Assembly: GCF_009914755.1 (NCBI RefSeq)
Contig: NC_060933.1
Length of the DNA stretch: 64,000 nt
Direction: 5' to 3' (one strand)
From: the human T2T-CHM13v2.0 reference genome, Homo sapiens
The notes below the pieces were generated by a model. It did not search any database, was not told where the DNA came from, and was given only the letters and a program-made list of their open reading frames with translations. The position numbers and the translations under genes are program-made. Positions 58,201-64,000 of this stretch are shown one piece after another; position 1 is the first letter of the stretch, and each line of letters starts with the position of its first letter.

Positions 58201-61200
58201 CTGGTTGTTCCAGTCCATTCCATTCCATTCCACTCCATTCCATTGCACTCGGGTTGATTCCATTCCATTCCATTCCATTCCATTCCATTCCGGATGATTC
58301 CATTCCATTGCATTCCTTTCCATTACATTCCCCTGGACTCGCGTTGATTCCATTCCATTCCATTCCATTCCATTGCATTACAATTCGTTCCATTCCATTC
58401 TATTCCGTACCATTCCATTCCATTCCATACAATTCCATTCCATTCCATTCCATTCCATTCCGTTCCATTGCATTCCATTCCATTCTATTCGGATTAATTC
58501 CATTCCATTCCATTCCATTCCATTCTATTCCATTCCATTGCAATCGAGTTGAATCCATTGCATTTCATTCCATTCCATTCCATTTCATTCCATTCCGGAA
58601 GATTCCATTCCATTGCATTCCATTCCATTCCATTCCCCTGCACTCGCGTTGATTCCATTCCATTCCATTCCATTCCATTCCGTTCCGTTCCATTCCATTC
58701 CATTCCATTCTATTCGGGTTAATTCCATTCCATTCCATTCGATTGCAATCGAGTTGATTCCATTCCATTCCATTCCATTCCATTCCATTCCATTCCATTC
58801 CATTCCTTTCAATTCCATTACGGTTGATTCCATTCCATTGCATTCCATTCCATTCCATTCCCCTGTACTCGGGTTGATTCCATTCCATTCCATTCCAATC
58901 CATGCCATTCCACTCCTGTTGATTCCATTCTTTCCATTCCATTCAAGTTGAATCCATTCCATTGCATTCCATTCCATTCGATTCCATTTGATTGCACTCG
59001 GGTTGATTCCATTCTATTGCATTCCATTCCATTCCATTCCGTTCCATTCCGTTCCATTCCATTCCATTACATTCGGATTGATTCTATTCAATTCCCTTAC
59101 ACTCCATTACATTCCATTCGGGTAGTTTCCATTGCATTCCATTCCATTCCTCTCCATTCCATTGCACTCGGGTTGATTCCATTCCATTGCATTCCATTCC
59201 ATTCCATTCAATTCCATTCCGTTCCATTCCATTCCATTACATTCGAATTGATTCTATTCAACTCCCTTACTCTCCATTACATTCCATTCCAGTCGGGTTG
59301 TTCCATTCCATTCCATTCCACTCCATTCCATTGCACTCGGGTTGATTCCATTCAATTCCATTCCATTCCATTCCATTCCATTCCATTCCATTCCATTCCA
59401 TTCCGGAAGATTCCATTCCATTGCATTCCATTCCATTCCATTCCCCTGCACTCGCGTTGATTCCATTCCATTCCATTCTATTCCATTCCATTCCCTTCCT
59501 TTCCGTTCCATTCCATTCCATTCCATTCCATTCCATTCCGTTCCGTTCCATTCCATTCCATTCCAGTCTATTCGGGTTAATTGCATTCCATTCCATTCGA
59601 TTGCAATCGAGTTGATTCCATTCCATTCCATTCCATTCCATTCCTTTCCATTCCATTACGGATGATTCCATTCCATTGCATTCCATTCCATTCCATTCCC
59701 CTGTACTCGGGTTGATTCCATTCCATTCCATTCCAATCCATGCCATTCCACTCGTGTTGATTCCATTCTTTCCATTCCATTCAAGTTGAATCCATTCCAT
59801 TGCATTCCATTCCATTCGATTCCATTCGATTGCACTCGGGTTGATTCCATTCCATTGCATTCCATTCCATTCCATTCCATTCCATTCCATTCCGTTCCAT
59901 TTCATTCCAAACATTCGGATTGATTCTATTCAATTCCCTTACACTCCATTACATTCCATTCCATTCGGGTAGTTTCCATTCCATTCCATTCCATTCCTCT
60001 CCATTCCATTGCACTCGGGTTGATTCCATTCCATTGCATTCCATTCCATTCCATTCAATTCCATTCCGTTGCATTCCATTCCATTACATTCAGATTGATT
60101 CTATTCAACTCCCTTACTCTGCATTACATTCCATTCCATTCAAGTTGAATCCATTCCATTGCATTCCATTCCATTCCATTCCCCTGCAGTCGGGTTGATT
60201 CAATTCCATTCCATTCCATTCCATTCCATTCCATTCCATTCCATTCCATTCCAATCAAGTTGATTCCATTCCATTCCATTCCATTCCATTCCATTCCATT
60301 CCACTCCATTCCAGTCCTTTCCATTCCATTCCACTCGGGTTGATTCCAATGTATTCCTTTCCATTCCATTCCATTCCATTGCAATCGAGTTGATTCCATT
60401 GCTTTGCATTCCATTCCATTCCATTCCATTCCGGATGATTCCATTCCATTGCATTCCATTCCATTCCATTCCCCTGCACTCGGGTTGATTCCATTCCATT
60501 CCATTCCATTCCATTCCATTCCATTCCATTCCATTCCATTTCGTTCCATTCCATTCTATTCCGTATCATTCCATTCCATTCCATTCCATTCCATTCCATT
60601 CCATTGTACTCGTGTTGATTCAATTCCATTGCATTCCATTCCATTCCATTCCATTCCATTCCGTTGCATTCCATTCCATTACTTTCGGATTGATTCTATT
60701 CAACTCCCTTACTCTCCATTACATTCCATTCCATTCTGGTTGTTCCATTCCATTCCATTCCATTCCATTGCACTCGGGTTGATTCCATTCCATTCCATTC
60801 TATTCCAATCCATTCCGGATGATTCCATTCCATTGCATTCCTTTCCATTACATTCCCCTGCACTCGCGTTGATTCCATTCCATTCCATTCCATACCATTC
60901 CATTCAATTCCATTCCATTACAATTCGTTCCATTCCATTCTATTCCGTACCATTCCATTCCATTCCATACAATTCCATTCTATTCCATTCCATTCCATTC
61001 CGTTACATTCCGTTCCATTGCATTCCATTCCATTCTATTCGGATTAATTCCATTCTATTCCATTCCATTCTATTCCATTCCATTGCAATCGAGTTGAATC
61101 CATTACATTTCATTCCATTCCATTCCATTCCATTCTGGAAGATTCCATTCCATTGCATTCCATTCCATTACATTCCCCTGCACTCGCGTGGATTCCATTC

Positions 61201-64000
61201 CATTCCATTCCATTCCATTCCGTTCCGTTGCATTCCATTCCATTCCATTCCATTCCATTCCGTTCCGTTCCATTCCATTCCATTCCATTCTATTCGGGTT
61301 AATTCCATTCCATTCCATTCGATTGCAATCGAGTTGATTCCATTCCATTCCATTCCATTCCATTCCATTCCATTCCATTCCTTTCCATTCCATTAGGGTT
61401 TATTCCATTCCATTGCATTCCATTCCATTCCATTCCCATGTACTCGGGTTGATTCCATTCCATTCCATTCCAATCCATGCCATTCCACTCGTGTTGATTC
61501 CATTCTTTCCATTCCATTCAAGTTGAATCCATTCCATTGCATTCCATTCCATTCGATTCCATTTGATTGCACTCAGGTTGATTCCATTCCATTGCATTCC
61601 ATTCCATTCCATTCCATTCCATTCCATTCCATTCCGTTCCATTCCATTCCATTACATTCGGATTGATTCTATTCAATTCCCTTACACTCCATTACATTCC
61701 ATTCGGGTAGTTTCCATTGCATTCCATTCCATTCCTCTCCATTCCATTGCACTCGGGTTGATTCCATTCCATTGCATTCCATTCCATTCCATTCAATTCC
61801 ATTCCGTTCCATTCCATTCCATTACATTCGGATTGATTCTATTCAACTCCCTTACTCTCCATTACATTCCATTCCATTCGGGTTGTTCCATTCCATTCCA
61901 TTCCATTCCACTCCATTCCATTGCAATCGGGTTGATTCCATTCCATTCCATTCCATTCCATTCCATTCCGGAAGATTCCATTCCATTGCATTCCATTCCA
62001 TGCCATTCCCCTGCACTCGCGTTTATTCCATTCCATTCCATTCTATTCCATTCCATTCCCTTCCTTTCCGTTCCTTTCCATTCCATTCCATTCCATTCCA
62101 TTCCGTTCCGTTCCATTCCATTCCATTCCATTCTATTCGGGTTAATTCCATTCCATTCCATTCGATTGCAATCGAGTTGATTCCATTCCATTCCATTCCA
62201 TTCCATTCCATTCCATTCCATTCCTTTCCATTCCATTACGGATGATTCCATTCCATTGCATTCCATTCCATTCCATTCCCCTGTACTCGGGTTGATTCCA
62301 TTCCATTCCATTCCAATCCATGCCATTCCACTCGTGTTGATTCAATTCTTTCCATTCCATTGAAGTTGAATCCATTCCATTGCATTCCATTTCATTCGAT
62401 TCCATTCGATTGCACTCGGGTTGATTCCATTCCATTGCATTCCATTCCATTCCATTCCATTCCATTCCATTCCGTTCCATTCCATTCCATTACATTCGGA
62501 TTGATTCTATTCAATTCCGTTACACTCCATTACATTCCATTCCATTCGGGTAGTTTCCATTCCATTCCATTCCATTCCTCTCCATTCCAAGGAACTCGGG
62601 TTGATTCCATTCCATTGCATTCCATTCCATTCCATTCAATTCCATTCCGTTCCATTCCATTCCATTACATTCGGATTGATTCTATTCAACTCCCTTACTC
62701 TCCATTACATTCCATTCCATTCGGGTTGTTCCATTCCATTCCATTCCATTCCACTCCATTCCATTGCACTCGGGTTTATTCCATTCCATTCCATTCCATT
62801 CCATTCCATTCCGGAAGATTCCATTCCATTGCATTCCGTTCCATTCCATTCCCCTGCACTGGCGTTGATTCCATTCCATTCCATTCCATTCCATTCCATT
62901 CCATTCCATTCCTTTCCGTTCCATTCCATTCCATTCCGTTCCATTCCAATCCATTCCATTCCGTTCCGTTCCGTTCCATTCCATTCCATTCCATTCTATT
63001 CGGGTTAATTCCATTCCATTCCGTTCGATTGCAATCGAGTTGATTCCATTCCATTCCATTCCATTCCATTCCATTCCTTTCCATTCCATTACGGATGATT
63101 CCATTCCATTGCATTCCATTCCATTCCATTCCCCTGTACTCGGGTTGATTCCATTCCATTCCATTCCAATCCATGCCATTCCACTCGTGTTGATTCCATT
63201 CTTTCCATTCCATTCAAGTTGAATCCATTCCATTGCATTCCATTCCATTCCATTCCCCTGCAGTCGGGTTGTTTCCATTCCATTCCATTCCATTCCAATC
63301 CATTCCATTCCATTCCGTTCCGTTCCATTCCATTCCATTCCATTCTATTCGGGTTAATTCCATTCCATTCCATTCCATTCCATTCCATTCCATTCCATTC
63401 CATTCCAATCGAGTTGATTCCATTCCATTCCATTCCATTCCATTCCACTCCATTTCAGTCCTTTCCATTCCATTCCACTCGGGTTGATTCCAATTTATTC
63501 CTTTCCATTCCATTCCATTCCATTGCAATCGAGTTGATTCCATTGCTTTGCATTCCATTCCATTCCATTCCATTCCGGATGATTCCATTCCATTGCATTC
63601 CATTCCATTCCATTCCCCTGCACTCGGGTTGATTCCATTCCATTCCACTCCATTCCGTTCCATTCCATTCCATTCCATTGTATTCGGGTTAATTCTATTC
63701 CATTCCATTCCATTCCATTCCATTCCATTCCATTACAATCGAGTTGATTCCATTCCATTCCATTCCATTCCAGTCCTTTCCATTCCATTCCACTCGGGTT
63801 GATTCCATTCTATTAGTTTCCATTCCATTCCATTCCCTTCCATTCCACTCTGGTTGATTCCATTCCTTTCCATTCCACTCGAATACATTCCCTCCTATTC
63901 CCCTCGGAACGATTCCATTCCATTCCATTCCATTCCATTCCATTCCATGCCATTTCGTTCCATTCCATTCCATTCCGTATCATTCCATTCCATTCCATTC
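55216..64000 (+). repeat. 19,011-bp unit, copy 2 (partial, ~8.8 kb, truncated by window end); matches 36205-44989
   Basis: The offset stays at 19,011 from the first to the last ORF pair, so there is no net indel. The last 40 bp of the window match 44950-44989. Confidence 0.93.

Larger units (their letters stand above)
1..64000 (+). repeat. Satellite III (HSat3-type) pericentromeric satellite array, (CATTC)n/(GGAAT)n
   Basis: CATTC pentamer tandem repeat runs from first to last base. It is interspersed with the classical Satellite 3 decamer A(C/T)TCGGGTTG (e.g. ACTCGGGTTG at 68-77, hundreds of copies). It is not dominated by the CATTCGATTC/ATGATG pattern of Satellite 2. The C-rich strand is + throughout. 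Confidence 0.97.

Noticed and set aside
75-63998. Hundreds of 60-345 aa ORFs on both strands (IPFHS and MEWNG repeats), e.g. 48591-49628 and 41393-42385
   Set aside because: A pure CATTC/GGAAT repeat has no stop codon in any frame, and GGAAT repeats contain ATG every 5 bp. The ORFs overlap in all frames, have no domain content and end wherever a spacer supplies a stop.
1-64000. CRISPR-like alternation of conserved motifs and variable intervals
   Set aside because: The intervals are CATTC runs rather than unique spacers, there are no cas genes or leader, and the context is eukaryotic satellite.
1-64000. Satellite II, alpha satellite, or telomeric repeat identity
   Set aside because: CATTCGATTC is only sporadic, there is no 171-bp alphoid monomer or CENP-B box, and no TTAGGG array (only isolated single matches such as ~11572 and ~42382).
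1-64000. Assignment to a specific chromosome or subfamily (e.g. 9q12 or Yq DYZ1)
   Set aside because: This needs k-mer comparison with a reference. No regular ~3.6-kb period is visible, so DYZ1 is not supported.
1-64000. A previously undescribed gene-encoded biological system
   Set aside because: No non-satellite sequence was found on either strand. Only repeat architecture and candidate binding motifs can be supported.

Overview
The whole 64 kb window is one uninterrupted, single-orientation array of classical Satellite III (HSat3-type) DNA. It consists of (CATTC)n on the + strand and (GGAAT)n on the - strand, interspersed with the Sat3-diagnostic A(C/T)TCGGGTTG decamer and a small vocabulary of other recurrent spacer modules. 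This points to human or great-ape pericentromeric or acrocentric heterochromatin; chromosome and subfamily cannot be assigned by eye. I see no protein-coding gene, RNA gene, transposon, CRISPR array or unique sequence. Every ORF in the track is a translation of the pentamer (IPFHS on +, MEWNG on -) and is rejected. I found no new gene-based system. The interest lies in the repeat architecture: (1) an apparently exact 19,011-bp tandem duplication starting at ~36,205 and repeating from ~55,216 to the window end; (2) nested older duplications of ~0.2-3.1 kb and a dispersed 8,326-bp-offset block; (3) a distinct ~1-kb-period sub-domain at ~17.5-22 kb; (4) a variant spacer that forms perfect three-unit heat-shock elements and is concentrated after 25.5 kb; (5) a recurrent 14-bp palindrome; and (6) a pentamer register that slips almost only by -1. 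Offsets come from the supplied ORF coordinates and manual reading; no alignment was run, and motif counts are manual.
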